A program made the translations under genes and the position numbers. A DNA stretch of 32,701 bases from contig JAODBN010000104.1 of the NCBI GenBank assembly GCA_025463965.1, positions 1 to 32,701 on the forward strand, given 5' to 3'. A model generated the notes under the pieces. It was not told the DNA's origin, searched no databases, and saw only the letters and a list, made by a program, of their open reading frames with translations. How positions within the stretch are numbered: the first letter of the stretch is position 1; every line of letters starts with the position of its first letter. This stretch comes from Acidimicrobiaceae bacterium (lineage in GTDB: Bacteria > Actinomycetota > Acidimicrobiia > Acidimicrobiales > Bog-793). Below, one piece after another: positions 1 to 9,038 of this stretch.

Positions 1-318
1 GTCTACGACTTCCTTCGAACGGGAGGCGGGATCATTGGCCGAGCGAGCGGCTTTCTCGACCAGATTCTGCTCGTGCTGATCCTGGTCGAGATCGTTCACA
101 CCGTGGTCCTCTCCCTTCGGTCCCACAGGCTTCAACCGGAGCCGTTCATCATCGTCGCCTTGATTGCGGCGGTGAGAAAGCTTCTCTTCGTACTTGGCAA
201 TCAACAACAGCCATCGACCGCCCAATTTGCGCTTTTTCTGTCGACGGCGTTGGTCTTCATCGCCGCCCTTGTGGCGGTACGTCGGTGGGCACCCACCGAT
301 GAGGAGCGCTCGGTCTGA
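1..318 (+). CDS. Phosphate-starvation-inducible PsiE-family membrane protein, 5'-truncated
   Basis: Frame is open from base 1 (VYDFLRTGGG...LDQILLVLILVEIVHTV...EPFIIVALIAAVRKLL). The L-D-x-I-L...VEI / EPF...IAAVRK pattern is typical of PsiE-like proteins. Confidence 0.75.
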   Translation, partial: VYDFLRTGGGIIGRASGFLDQILLVLILVEIVHTVVLSLRSHRLQPEPFIIVALIAAVRKLLFVLGNQQQPSTAQFALFLSTALVFIAALVAVRRWAPTDEERSV

Positions 319-391
319 GCATTCTTTGCCTAAGCGCCCCAGGAGATAGCGGCATGGCCTCAGCCTAGATCCCCTCTTTTTTTCTCGACAG

Positions 392-400
392 TGCTACGAT
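392..400 (+). promoter_or_regulatory. Candidate extended -10 promoter (TGcTACGAT) for the SipW operon
   Basis: TGn-TAnnnT match about 160 nt upstream of ATG 561, preceded by a T-rich tract. No good -35. Confidence 0.4.
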
Positions 401-560
401 CCGCCAAGAACTGGCGGAATCCTCGGTATCATTGCCGTGAGACCGTGGCAGATCTGTCGGCTTCAGATGTGCGCTCTTTTGTGTCGCCGAGCCCGAGCAT
501 GACGAAGACACCCGCGGACGTCTGTCCGGGGGGCTTGGCACAGCAACCACAGGAGAGCAC

Positions 561-956
561 ATGCGACACAGGCGAGCCATCACCATCGGGATCGCAACGG
601 GCATCGCCCTCGCGGTCGGAGGGGGCGCCTACGCCTTCACCGCGTCGAACACCGTTCCTGCCACAACGGTCGGCGCTGGAGCGGGAGCAGTTACCGGCTA
701 CACGGTGACCAACCTCCACTACTCGCTCGATGCCACGACGCCCGCCAACATCGACTCCCTGACCTTCACCATCAGTCCCGTCGTGCCGAGCGCGGGCACC
801 GGCAAGGTCGTCATCTCGGCGGCACTCAGCACGGGCGGTCCGACCACCTACACCTGCAGCACCGACACGACCGGCGCGACGGTGACGTGCGCGACGACCA
901 GTCCGCAGCTGACCGCCACGCTGTTGTCCGGCGTCACGGTCGTCGCGGCACAGTAG
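561..956 (+). CDS. Secreted SipW-dependent fibre subunit (TasA/camelysin-like signal peptide), 131 aa
   Basis: RBS GGAGAG; basic N-region MRHRR; hydrophobic core; GGGAYA/FTASNTV cleavage motif of SipW-class substrates; Thr-rich mature part with 2 Cys; next gene is a SipW-type peptidase. Confidence 0.75.
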   Translation: MRHRRAITIGIATGIALAVGGGAYAFTASNTVPATTVGAGAGAVTGYTVTNLHYSLDATTPANIDSLTFTISPVVPSAGTGKVVISAALSTGGPTTYTCSTDTTGATVTCATTSPQLTATLLSGVTVVAAQ

Positions 957-1053
957 GCGGGCGACGGATCGAGCGTGTGATCATCAGTGTCCACTCCCGT
1001 GGACCTGACTTGCGAGTCCGGCGATCGAGCCAACAAGACGCCGAGGAGCATCG

Positions 1054-1617
1054 GTGGCAACACGGAGGGCAAAACGACAGGGTGCGCGGGGACGCAGGGC
1101 GCTGACAGGCGCGCTGGCCATCGTCGCCTCCGTCATCTTCTGGGTGCTCTTTGCGCCCGTACAGCTCGGCGGTTCGATCACGTACTCGGTGACCGCAGGA
1201 ATCAGCATGCAACCCCTGCTCTACAAGAACGACCTCGCGCTCGTCCGGACCGAGTCCTCGTATCGAGTCGGCGAAGTAGTGCTCTACAACAGCCCGGTGC
1301 TGCACAAGCCGGTGCTACACCGGATTGTGCTGATCCAAAATGGCAACTACTTCTTCAAGGGAGACAACAACGACTTCGTCGACCCGGGGTACGCGACGAG
1401 AGCGGAGCTCGTCGGCAAGCTCTGGGTCCATGTCCCTCAGGCGGGGGCGGTCATTGGTTGGCTCGGCAAGCCCGCCCATTCAGCGATCCTGGCAGGGCTC
1501 GGAGCGTTCATCCTCGTCCTCGTGAGCGGCAAACCGGCCCGCAAGCGCAAACGTCGTCGGCATCGTCCCCGAGTTCGCATTGCTCTGGATGGCGTGGACG
1601 TGGGAGGTTCCCGCTGA
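1054..1617 (+). CDS. sipW: Signal peptidase I, SipW/ER-type (S26B, Ser-His)
   Basis: GAGGAG RBS then GTG; N-terminal TM; GISMQP (Ser), VLHRIV (His), FKGDNNDFVDP box; C-terminal TM and basic tail. Confidence 0.88.
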   Translation: MATRRAKRQGARGRRALTGALAIVASVIFWVLFAPVQLGGSITYSVTAGISMQPLLYKNDLALVRTESSYRVGEVVLYNSPVLHKPVLHRIVLIQNGNYFFKGDNNDFVDPGYATRAELVGKLWVHVPQAGAVIGWLGKPAHSAILAGLGAFILVLVSGKPARKRKRRRHRPRVRIALDGVDVGGSR

Positions 1618-1645
1618 AAGCCTCAGTGTTCGCCATGGAGACATA

Positions 1646-3343
1646 ATGCCAAGCAGCGAGGGCCCTTCGGTCGAGCGCCGAGGGGCACAGCCGGTGAACC
1701 CGGGTGCACAAGCCGTGCGGACTTCTCGGTCGTCCGACAACGAGCGTCGGTCGGGAATCGAGATGACGCCCGATCAGGTAGCGGCCCGGCGCGCTCCGCC
1801 CTTCCTTTCCGGCCCGAGGACCACGCTCGCTCTCCTGCTCGCTTTCCTGTTGCTTGGCGCGCTCTGCCTGGGCGTCGGGTTCACCCGACCGATCCACCGT
1901 GTCGCGCCGCTAACAGGAGCGTATGAGCAGGCCGGCCACTTCTCGTACAAGGGGGCCGTCAACTCCCCAACGCCCGTCTATCCCTCTGGTTTTGTCACGA
2001 GCGGCGAAGCCATCTACCCGAGCCTCATCAGCACTCTCGTCGTGACGTTCCACTACGAGTTCAAGTCCGGCCTACCTCACCAGGTGCACGGCACAATCCA
2101 GATGCGGGCGCTGCTCCTGTCGCAGTCCGACACCTGGCACCAGTTGACGAGTCTCGCGAATACGACCTCGTTCAGCGGAGATCAGGCCACCGTTACCGCG
2201 TCCCTCCGTCTAAAGGGCCTCTACACCCTCATAAATCGGGTTTCCGAACAGTCCGGCCTCACGGCGCAGAGTTATTTGGCGGACCTCCAGCCCGTCGTCC
2301 ACCTCGTCGGGCACGTCGGCGGACACCCGATCGCACAGACCTTCCTTCCGGTGATTCCCTTCGAGATCACCCCGACCGCGATCACCTTGAATATGGTCAC
2401 GGCCCCGGCGCCACCTGGCGCTACCTACGTACTGCCGTCCGCCAGCGTCGCGCTTGCGGCGACGCTCGCTCCGACAGCCTCGGGGAGCATTCCCCACCAA
2501 GTAGACGACTTCGTCGCCGTCGCGAGGTACCAGATAGACGTCTCGAGCATCCGCGTGCTGGGGATCGTGCTCGCCACCTTGGCCCTGCTCTTCGCCCTCT
2601 TCCACGACCAGCTTCGTCGCCGCCAGACGTTGCGCAGCGACGAGGAGCTGATCGCCTCGAGACTTCACTCCCTCATCGTTCCTGTGCGCTCGCTATCGAC
2701 GCCTGCTGGTACCGAGTGGATCGAAATACCGAACTTTTCGCATCTCGCCGGCATGGCCCAGTTCCTGGAACGGCCCATCCTCTACTGCGTGAACGACGGC
2801 AAGCGCAGCTATGCGGTCGATGACGACCCACGTCGCTACATCTACCGGCCTGCACAGCTCCTGCCGACACTGGGTGGCGCCGACGAGCCGCTCGGGGAAC
2901 GCGAGTCGGCGTTCGTCGCTCAGCGTGGGACCGAGAAACGCGCGAGAAACCGCTCCCGGCGCGTGATCGCGACCCGCTCCGCCGCCGGCCTCGTCGTCCT
3001 CACTGTCGCCCTCACTCTCGTCACGAGTTTCACCGCCAGCACCAACGTTCCGACGAGTCGCGCCGGGACGGTTCTCGAGACACGAACCCTCGCAGAGCTG
3101 ACACCCACTGGGTGCTCCAGCCTCGCCCTCACCTCGATCGTCGAGCACGGGGGAACGTTCACCAACAGCGCCTCGCACGTCCTCGTGATCGGGACCTCTG
3201 CGGCCGACACCATCACCGACAGCGGGACCGGTAACTGCATCGTCGGCGGAGCCGGCGTGGACACCGTCCACGCGACTTCGAGCGACATCTGCATCGTCGG
3301 TCCAACCAGCGGGGCGACCTACCGCACCTGCACCAAGTCCTAA
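1646..3343 (+). CDS. DUF5305-like membrane protein with C-terminal SipW-type secreted module
   Basis: GGAG RBS before ATG 1646 (alternative starts 1580, 1763). TM, extracellular beta-rich region, TM, then IPNFSHLAGMAQFLERPILY...YAVDDDPRRYIYR (DUF5305-like). Then a basic stretch, TM, SFTASTNVP and a 4-Cys GGxGxD-containing domain. Confidence 0.6.
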   Translation: MPSSEGPSVERRGAQPVNPGAQAVRTSRSSDNERRSGIEMTPDQVAARRAPPFLSGPRTTLALLLAFLLLGALCLGVGFTRPIHRVAPLTGAYEQAGHFSYKGAVNSPTPVYPSGFVTSGEAIYPSLISTLVVTFHYEFKSGLPHQVHGTIQMRALLLSQSDTWHQLTSLANTTSFSGDQATVTASLRLKGLYTLINRVSEQSGLTAQSYLADLQPVVHLVGHVGGHPIAQTFLPVIPFEITPTAITLNMVTAPAPPGATYVLPSASVALAATLAPTASGSIPHQVDDFVAVARYQIDVSSIRVLGIVLATLALLFALFHDQLRRRQTLRSDEELIASRLHSLIVPVRSLSTPAGTEWIEIPNFSHLAGMAQFLERPILYCVNDGKRSYAVDDDPRRYIYRPAQLLPTLGGADEPLGERESAFVAQRGTEKRARNRSRRVIATRSAAGLVVLTVALTLVTSFTASTNVPTSRAGTVLETRTLAELTPTGCSSLALTSIVEHGGTFTNSASHVLVIGTSAADTITDSGTGNCIVGGAGVDTVHATSSDICIVGPTSGATYRTCTKS

Positions 3344-3411
3344 GACCCGGGCTCCGCAGGAGCCGCCGTGCGGCGACAATCGGTGGTGAGACTTAGCTCC
3401 GCCGAAACTTC

Positions 3412-4227
3412 TCAGGTGCGGAATGCAGTCTCGGTGGTGCTAGCTCGCGAAAGCAATTCCTCGGTAACCAGCGCCAGGACCTCGTCCCGGATGTGAGCAA
3501 CCTTCGGATCGCCAATGAACTCGCGTCGGACGCGCGGCTTGTCGAAGGGAACGGTCACAATCTGGTTAACTCGACCTGGAGCCCTCTCCATCACGATGAT
3601 CCGGTCGGAGAGGAACACTGCCTCGTCGACGTCGTGGGTGACAAAGACGGTGGTTGCCTCCGTCCTCGCCACGATGGCCGCGAGCTCCTCCTGCAGGCGC
3701 ATCCGGGTGAAGGCATCGAGCGCGCCCAATGGCTCGTCCATCAAAAGCACACTCGGCTCGGCAACGAGGGCGCGAGCCAAGCCGACTCGCTGCTGCATTC
3801 CTCCAGAAAGCTGATGCGGGAGTGACTGCTCGAAACCCTTCAGCCCAGTCAGCTCGATCTGCGCATCGACTCGGCTTCGCTTCTCGCTCTCAGAGAGGAC
3901 GCCTTTGACGGCCGTCAGCCCGAGGGCGATGTTGTCCCAGACCGAGCGCCAGGGCAGAAGTGCCGCGGCTTGGAACACGAAGCCGATTCTGTCCGGCACG
4001 CCACGAACCACACTCCCCCGGATCTTGATGCTGCCCGCGTCATAGGTGGTGAGGCCCCCGAACATCCGCAGCAGCGTCGTCTTGCCGCACCCGGAAGCCC
4101 CGATGATCGAGATGAATTCGCCCTTCCCGACGTTGAAGGACACGTCCTTCAGGGCGATGAAGGCACCGCTCTTGCCTTGCCAAAAGCGCTTGCCGACATG
4201 ACTGACCTCGATCACCGGAGCTTCCAT
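3412..4227 (-). CDS. ABC transporter ATP-binding protein, NitT/TauT (SsuB/TauB-like)
   Basis: Walker A GASGCGKT, LSGGMQQR signature, LLMDEPLGALD, VTHDVDEA. Confidence 0.95.
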   Translation of the reverse strand: MEAPVIEVSHVGKRFWQGKSGAFIALKDVSFNVGKGEFISIIGASGCGKTTLLRMFGGLTTYDAGSIKIRGSVVRGVPDRIGFVFQAAALLPWRSVWDNIALGLTAVKGVLSESEKRSRVDAQIELTGLKGFEQSLPHQLSGGMQQRVGLARALVAEPSVLLMDEPLGALDAFTRMRLQEELAAIVARTEATTVFVTHDVDEAVFLSDRIIVMERAPGRVNQIVTVPFDKPRVRREFIGDPKVAHIRDEVLALVTEELLSRASTTETAFRT

Positions 4228-4267
4228 GGAACTGGTGCTTCCTTCCGTTATCTCGTGTCCGCTGCGA

Positions 4268-5350
4268 TCAGCGGGCAGCCGCGCCGAGGTCTGCCAGCGC
4301 CTTCTTGCCGTAGCTGAGGTCAGACCATCCGGCTACTGCGGGCTGGGCCGTCAATGCGCCGACCTTGTTGTAGTAGATCTCCTGCAGCTTCAGCGGTGAG
4401 GCCGAGAGGATGCTTCCGTCCGGGTAAGCGCCGATGCTGCGCAGCTGATTGAAGAGTGACGCCGTCTGGGACGTGTTGATGCCGCTGTCGTAACTCGCGG
4501 TCTCCTTGACCAATCCAGCGTTGTTCGCCTTGTTGTTGAAGTACACGAACGAGAGCAGATCTGCCTCGTTCAGGGCGACCGCAGCCGTCTGGTGACTCTT
4601 CGCCCAAGTCGAGCGGGCAAACCACAGACCGTCGTAGAGGTCCTTGTTTTGCGTCATGTAGTCGTAGAGCACGTGGAAGCCCTGACCGGCAAGCGCGAAT
4701 TCCGATGCGTGGCTGAGCATCGTGGCATCGATCCGACCTGCCACCAGCGCGGCGAGGCGAGTCGACTGTCCACCGACGTTGAGGATGTTCACCTGGCTCT
4801 GCTTGAGGCCTGCCGCCTTCAAGGCGATCAATGCATCGACACCATTCTCGCCGACCATGTCCAAGATGCCGAGCGTCTTGCCCTTGAGGTCTGCAAGGGA
4901 CGAGATGTTCGGCCGGCCGAGGAGCACGTAGTCTTGGCGGGGCTCGGGAAGGGCGATCGCCTCGACAGGAATGCCGGAGTTGTAAGCGGCGAGGCCCACC
5001 GACAGGCCACCTTCCATGATGGTGCCACCGTGCAACATGTCGGCGTACTCAATGCTGGTGGAGGGTGCCCAGTGGATGGAGACCTTCGCTCCCCACTTGG
5101 CAAGCAGGTTGATCGCGTGAATCTCGATCTCGTTGCTCGTGGTAGCTGTGCCATCCATGATGAAGCTCATGTCGGTGCCCTTGAGCTTCGGGGGCACGAA
5201 GGAGGCAGTCCGCGGTGACTTCACGGAATGCACCGCGTGGCTCTTCGAGGCGAAGGCGTTCGTCATTCCAACCGAGCTGAGCAAGAGGCCCGCTCCGACG
5301 AGCGCAGCAGCCTTGGTTCCCAGTCCTTTTCTGCTCAACGATCCAACCAT
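4268..5350 (-). CDS. ABC substrate-binding protein, SsuA/THI5(NMT1)-like
   Basis: ATG 5350 with AGGGAGG RBS; signal peptide ending AFA; ISSLADLKGKTLGI and RLAALVAGRIDAT motifs; lies between permease and ATPase. Confidence 0.85.
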   Translation of the reverse strand: MVGSLSRKGLGTKAAALVGAGLLLSSVGMTNAFASKSHAVHSVKSPRTASFVPPKLKGTDMSFIMDGTATTSNEIEIHAINLLAKWGAKVSIHWAPSTSIEYADMLHGGTIMEGGLSVGLAAYNSGIPVEAIALPEPRQDYVLLGRPNISSLADLKGKTLGILDMVGENGVDALIALKAAGLKQSQVNILNVGGQSTRLAALVAGRIDATMLSHASEFALAGQGFHVLYDYMTQNKDLYDGLWFARSTWAKSHQTAAVALNEADLLSFVYFNNKANNAGLVKETASYDSGINTSQTASLFNQLRSIGAYPDGSILSASPLKLQEIYYNKVGALTAQPAVAGWSDLSYGKKALADLGAAAR

Positions 5351-5496
5351 TCTGATGACCCTCCCTAGTCGCATATGTGTGTAACAACAGCAGCCGTGGT
5401 GCATGTGGAACTTCGACGTTTCGCCATCGCCGCTCGAGTGCGCGGAGTCTCTTCAGCAAGCGCCGAGCGTGGCGCCGCAGCGCCGGGGGCTACGCC

Positions 5497-6369
5497 TTAA
5501 AAGCGGACCTGCTGCTCTGACGTGGTCGCGCCGACCCAAGGAAAGAAGCGGCGCTTTACCAGGTTGAGGAGAATGACGCCGATGACGCCCACCACCGATG
5601 CGGTAAAGACGCCCGCCAATAGGTACGCGGTCTGGAACGAGTTCCCGTAGTTGGTGACCAGGCCACCGAGGCCAGTCACGCTGACCTCCATCTCCGCGAT
5701 GAGCATTCCGATGAGCGCTTTTCCTAGAGCAATCCGCAGTCCGGCGAAGATGTAAGGGACCGCGTTAGGAAGCGTGATCTTGGAAACGACCTCCCAGCGA
5801 CTGAGCTTGTAGATGCTGGCCACGTCGATCAGCGCGGACGGGGTGCTCCGCACGCCGACGAAGGTGTTGATGATGACCGACCAGACGGCCAGAACGAACG
5901 TGACCGCGACTCGAGCTTCGAATCCGACTCCGAACCAGATGACCACGAGTGGTACGAGCGCAATCAGCGGCGTCGCCTGGAAGAAGTTGATGTAGGGGTC
6001 GAGGATCTTCTCGGCCACCTCGCTGCGCCCCATGAGAACGCCCGTGGCGATGCCCACCACGATCGCGAGGCCGAAGCCCACCCAGAGGTCTTCCATCGCA
6101 GTGAAGAAGGCTGGTATCAGCTGGCCGCGGCTGATCATGTGGCCGAAGGCGCTGATGGTCGAGGTCGGAGTGGAAAGCAGAATCGGGTTGATGCGGCTGC
6201 CGATCAGCTGCCATAGACCGAGGACAACGAGCACTGACACAACCGGCAAGATCCGCTTCAAGTTGCGAGAGGGACGATCGCTTCGGGCTTTGGGTTCGCC
6301 CAAATCGTCGCTCACTTCGTCAGCAACACCGAACGACGTAACGGACATGCTGGCGACCCGATCTGCCAT
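5497..6369 (-). CDS. ABC transporter permease, NitT/TauT (SsuC/TauC-like)
   Basis: Multiple TM helices; EAA-loop region LIDVASIYKLSRWEVVSKITLPNAVPYIFAGLR; AAGGAG RBS. Confidence 0.93.
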   Translation of the reverse strand: MADRVASMSVTSFGVADEVSDDLGEPKARSDRPSRNLKRILPVVSVLVVLGLWQLIGSRINPILLSTPTSTISAFGHMISRGQLIPAFFTAMEDLWVGFGLAIVVGIATGVLMGRSEVAEKILDPYINFFQATPLIALVPLVVIWFGVGFEARVAVTFVLAVWSVIINTFVGVRSTPSALIDVASIYKLSRWEVVSKITLPNAVPYIFAGLRIALGKALIGMLIAEMEVSVTGLGGLVTNYGNSFQTAYLLAGVFTASVVGVIGVILLNLVKRRFFPWVGATTSEQQVRF

Positions 6370-6473
6370 CTCGCTAGCTCCTTAGTCGGTCGGCCCAAGC
6401 CCTGGCTTGGTGCGCCGGATCAGGTTCGGACGTGAGCTAGCTCAGCCGCCCTTTCCCCCTACTCAGTGGCGTC

Positions 6474-6502
6474 ACCGTACCGATGTATACCGTGTATGTC
6501 AA
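6474..6502 (-). promoter_or_regulatory. Sigma70-type promoter TTGACA-17-TACGGT with GTATACA box in the spacer
   Basis: Minus strand reads TTGACA tacacgGTATACAtcgg TACGGT, about 105 nt upstream of the permease start. Confidence 0.75.
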
Positions 6503-6830
6503 GCAATATCAGGCATCGGAAGCCGACTCGCAGCCCCCTTTCATAGTGCCGAAACACAGGCGGGAGAGGTCGCCCTTTCAGTAATGAATGTCCAGGTCAG
6601 AGCGATGCGAATGCTTTCCGAGCAGGCCGAGCTGGCGCCGGCAATCGGCTGAGGCGTCGGGTTCATTCGGAGCGTGCTTCACCTCGCGTTGGAGAAACCG
6701 AACGCTGATAGCGGGAAGAAAATGACCGACAGACCGACAAGCCACCTATTACTTCCTCCCAGCGAGGGAGAGAAGGTGGCTGAGGAGACCGGCGCTCGTC
6801 TCGCGCTCACACTGCCGCCGAGGCGAGCTA

Positions 6831-6846
6831 GGAGGCAACCGCCTCC
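6831..6846 (-). terminator. GC hairpin just downstream of the gntR stop
   Basis: GGAGGC-aacc-GCCTCC, 15 nt after the stop. No clear U-tract. Confidence 0.35.
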
Positions 6847-6861
6847 CACAACGTCAGCGCG

Positions 6862-7581
6862 CTACAACTCAGACTTTTGCTGCATGTCCCGCACGACGAC
6901 CTGCAACTGCTCACTGACCTTCGCGAGGTGCTTTCGCAGCCACGAGCGCGCCCCTTCGACGTCGCCCTTTTCGAGACAGTCCAGGAGCCCGCTGTGGGAG
7001 CTAAAGGGCTCCTCGACCACGCTTTGGAGCACCAGGTATCCGCCCACTTCGGAGTGGAGACGAGAGACCAGCCTCAACGCGCGGTTCTGATTTGCGAGTG
7101 AGTACAAGTGCTCGTAAAACGGGATGCGTTGCATGATGGCGCCGCTGCTTGGCGGCGACTCGTCCAGCTCGGCTGCGAGCTTCCGGAGCTCCGCGAGGCG
7201 TTCGGGCGTGATGTGCGGCATCACCTTTTCGATCAAGTCGCACTCGACCAAGGTCCGCAAATCGTAGATCTCTTTGATGTCCTCGGGCCGTAATACCCTA
7301 ACGGTCGCTCCCCGATGGGGATGGATCGTCAGCAGACCCTCGGCCTGAAGCTGGCGCATCCCCGCACGAACGGGGATCCTGCTTATGCCGAGGATGTTCG
7401 CAATGCTGTCTTGAGGGAGCCGGTCGCCTGGCCGAAAGACGCCGCGATTGATCGCCTCGCGGACAAAGGCCTCGGCGAGATCTTCAGCGGTCCTCAGTGT
7501 CGGCTGAAATAGATCTGCCATTGATCGCAGCTCTTCGATGCCTTCCGGCATCTCGGGTCCACGCTCAACGTCTGCCCCCAC
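6862..7581 (-). CDS. GntR-family transcriptional regulator (FCD domain)
   Basis: wHTH FRPGDRLPQDSIANILGISRIPVRAGMRQLQAEGLL, HRGATV, EIYDLRTLVE, C-terminal H...GDVEGARSWLRKHL. Start could also be 7551. Confidence 0.93.
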   Translation of the reverse strand: MGADVERGPEMPEGIEELRSMADLFQPTLRTAEDLAEAFVREAINRGVFRPGDRLPQDSIANILGISRIPVRAGMRQLQAEGLLTIHPHRGATVRVLRPEDIKEIYDLRTLVECDLIEKVMPHITPERLAELRKLAAELDESPPSSGAIMQRIPFYEHLYSLANQNRALRLVSRLHSEVGGYLVLQSVVEEPFSSHSGLLDCLEKGDVEGARSWLRKHLAKVSEQLQVVVRDMQQKSEL

Positions 7582-7841
7582 CTCACCGGTCCTTTGTCAA
7601 AAGCAGGCACATCATCCGGACCGCTCGTGAGTTCTGAGCGTCCGGCATCATTGACCCTGACATTAGCGGGTGGTGCCTCGCCAGACGTCGTTCCTGTGAG
7701 GCAGCTGTCCGAGGTCCGCGACCCGAAGCGGAGTCCGAGTCTGCTCGGCAGCGAGCGCACCACCGTTGGCCAGAGGCTGTCCGGCTCGGGAGGTGCTCAG
7801 GAGCGAGAGTGTAGGTTGGGCATGCGTGGGGCGGCATTGAG

Positions 7842-9038
7842 ATGCATTCGGTGATCGACACCGTGGCCGCATGGCGAGCCGGCGGACTTCGGGTCGCCTG
7901 GGCCCGCGTCGTGGACACCGAAGGACCGAGCCCTCGCGCGGCGGGCGCCACGATGGCCGTGTCAGAAGACGGCAGGGTCGCCGGTTCTATCTCGGGCGGG
8001 TGCATCGACAGTACCGTCGTCGAGCGAGCGCAGGAACTTCTCGTAGCGGGCGGTTGCCAGCTAATCCGGTTCGGCTACTCGGACGACGAGGCCTTCTCGG
8101 TGGGCCAGACCTGTGGCGGAGTGGTGACGATCTTCATCTCGGGGACGCTGCCCGATGCCTACGACTCGTTTGAGGCGGCGTTCCGGCGATCCACATCGGC
8201 GGTGCTCGTGACGATCATCGACGGTGGTGATGGTCCCGTCTCTCAGGGCGCCTCGATGCTCGTGCACGGGGACGGTCGCTCGGAGGGCACCTTTGGCGAC
8301 GAGTGCCTCGATCGTGCTGTCATCAGTGAGGCGCTGGCAGTGCTCCCGACCTCACGTTCGTCGACTCGTGCCGTCAACTCCAAGATCGACGGACACTCTG
8401 CGGCGCCGGATGCTTTCTTTCACGCTCTCACCGTTCCCCCAAAGATGATCGTCATCGGGGCGGTGGACTTCGCTCTGGCACTCGCCAACCAGGCTCAGCT
8501 TCTCGGCTATGCCGTCACGATCTGCGATCCGAGGGCCACCTTCGCCACCCGGGAACGGTTCCCGACGGCCGGTGATGTCGTCGTTGACTGGCCGGACCGC
8601 TATCTGGCCTCGATCGGGACGACGCTCGGCCAACGCGATGCCGTCTGTGTCCTTTCGCATGAAGCACGCTTCGATGTCCCGGCGATCATGGCGGCGTTGA
8701 GCACAGAAGTGGGCTATGTCGGCGCTCTCGGCTCGAGGCGCACCACCGCAGATCGGCGCTCGCGTCTGCTCGACGCTGGCGCCGAACCGGCTGCCCTTGA
8801 CCGGCTGAACGCCCCGATCGGTCTCAACCTTGGCGCCCGGACGCCGGAGGAGACCGCGCTTTCGATATGCGCCGAGATCGTCGCCCTGCAGAATCGCCGC
8901 ATGGCCCTCCCGCTGCGCGAAGTAGACGGGCCGATTCAGGGAAGTCCTACGCCGTCGGGGACCAGCCCGGGTCGGCTCCGTGCCGACGTCGCCCAGCCGA
9001 CAACCGAGTGCTCTGTTTTCATGCCCTCGCGAACATGA
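7842..9038 (+). CDS. xdhC: XdhC/CoxF-family molybdenum cofactor insertion chaperone
   Basis: GPSPRAAGA, GSISGGCID, TCGG, GYVGALGSRR and APIGLNLGARTPEETALSI motifs. Confidence 0.92.
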   Translation: MHSVIDTVAAWRAGGLRVAWARVVDTEGPSPRAAGATMAVSEDGRVAGSISGGCIDSTVVERAQELLVAGGCQLIRFGYSDDEAFSVGQTCGGVVTIFISGTLPDAYDSFEAAFRRSTSAVLVTIIDGGDGPVSQGASMLVHGDGRSEGTFGDECLDRAVISEALAVLPTSRSSTRAVNSKIDGHSAAPDAFFHALTVPPKMIVIGAVDFALALANQAQLLGYAVTICDPRATFATRERFPTAGDVVVDWPDRYLASIGTTLGQRDAVCVLSHEARFDVPAIMAALSTEVGYVGALGSRRTTADRRSRLLDAGAEPAALDRLNAPIGLNLGARTPEETALSICAEIVALQNRRMALPLREVDGPIQGSPTPSGTSPGRLRADVAQPTTECSVFMPSRT

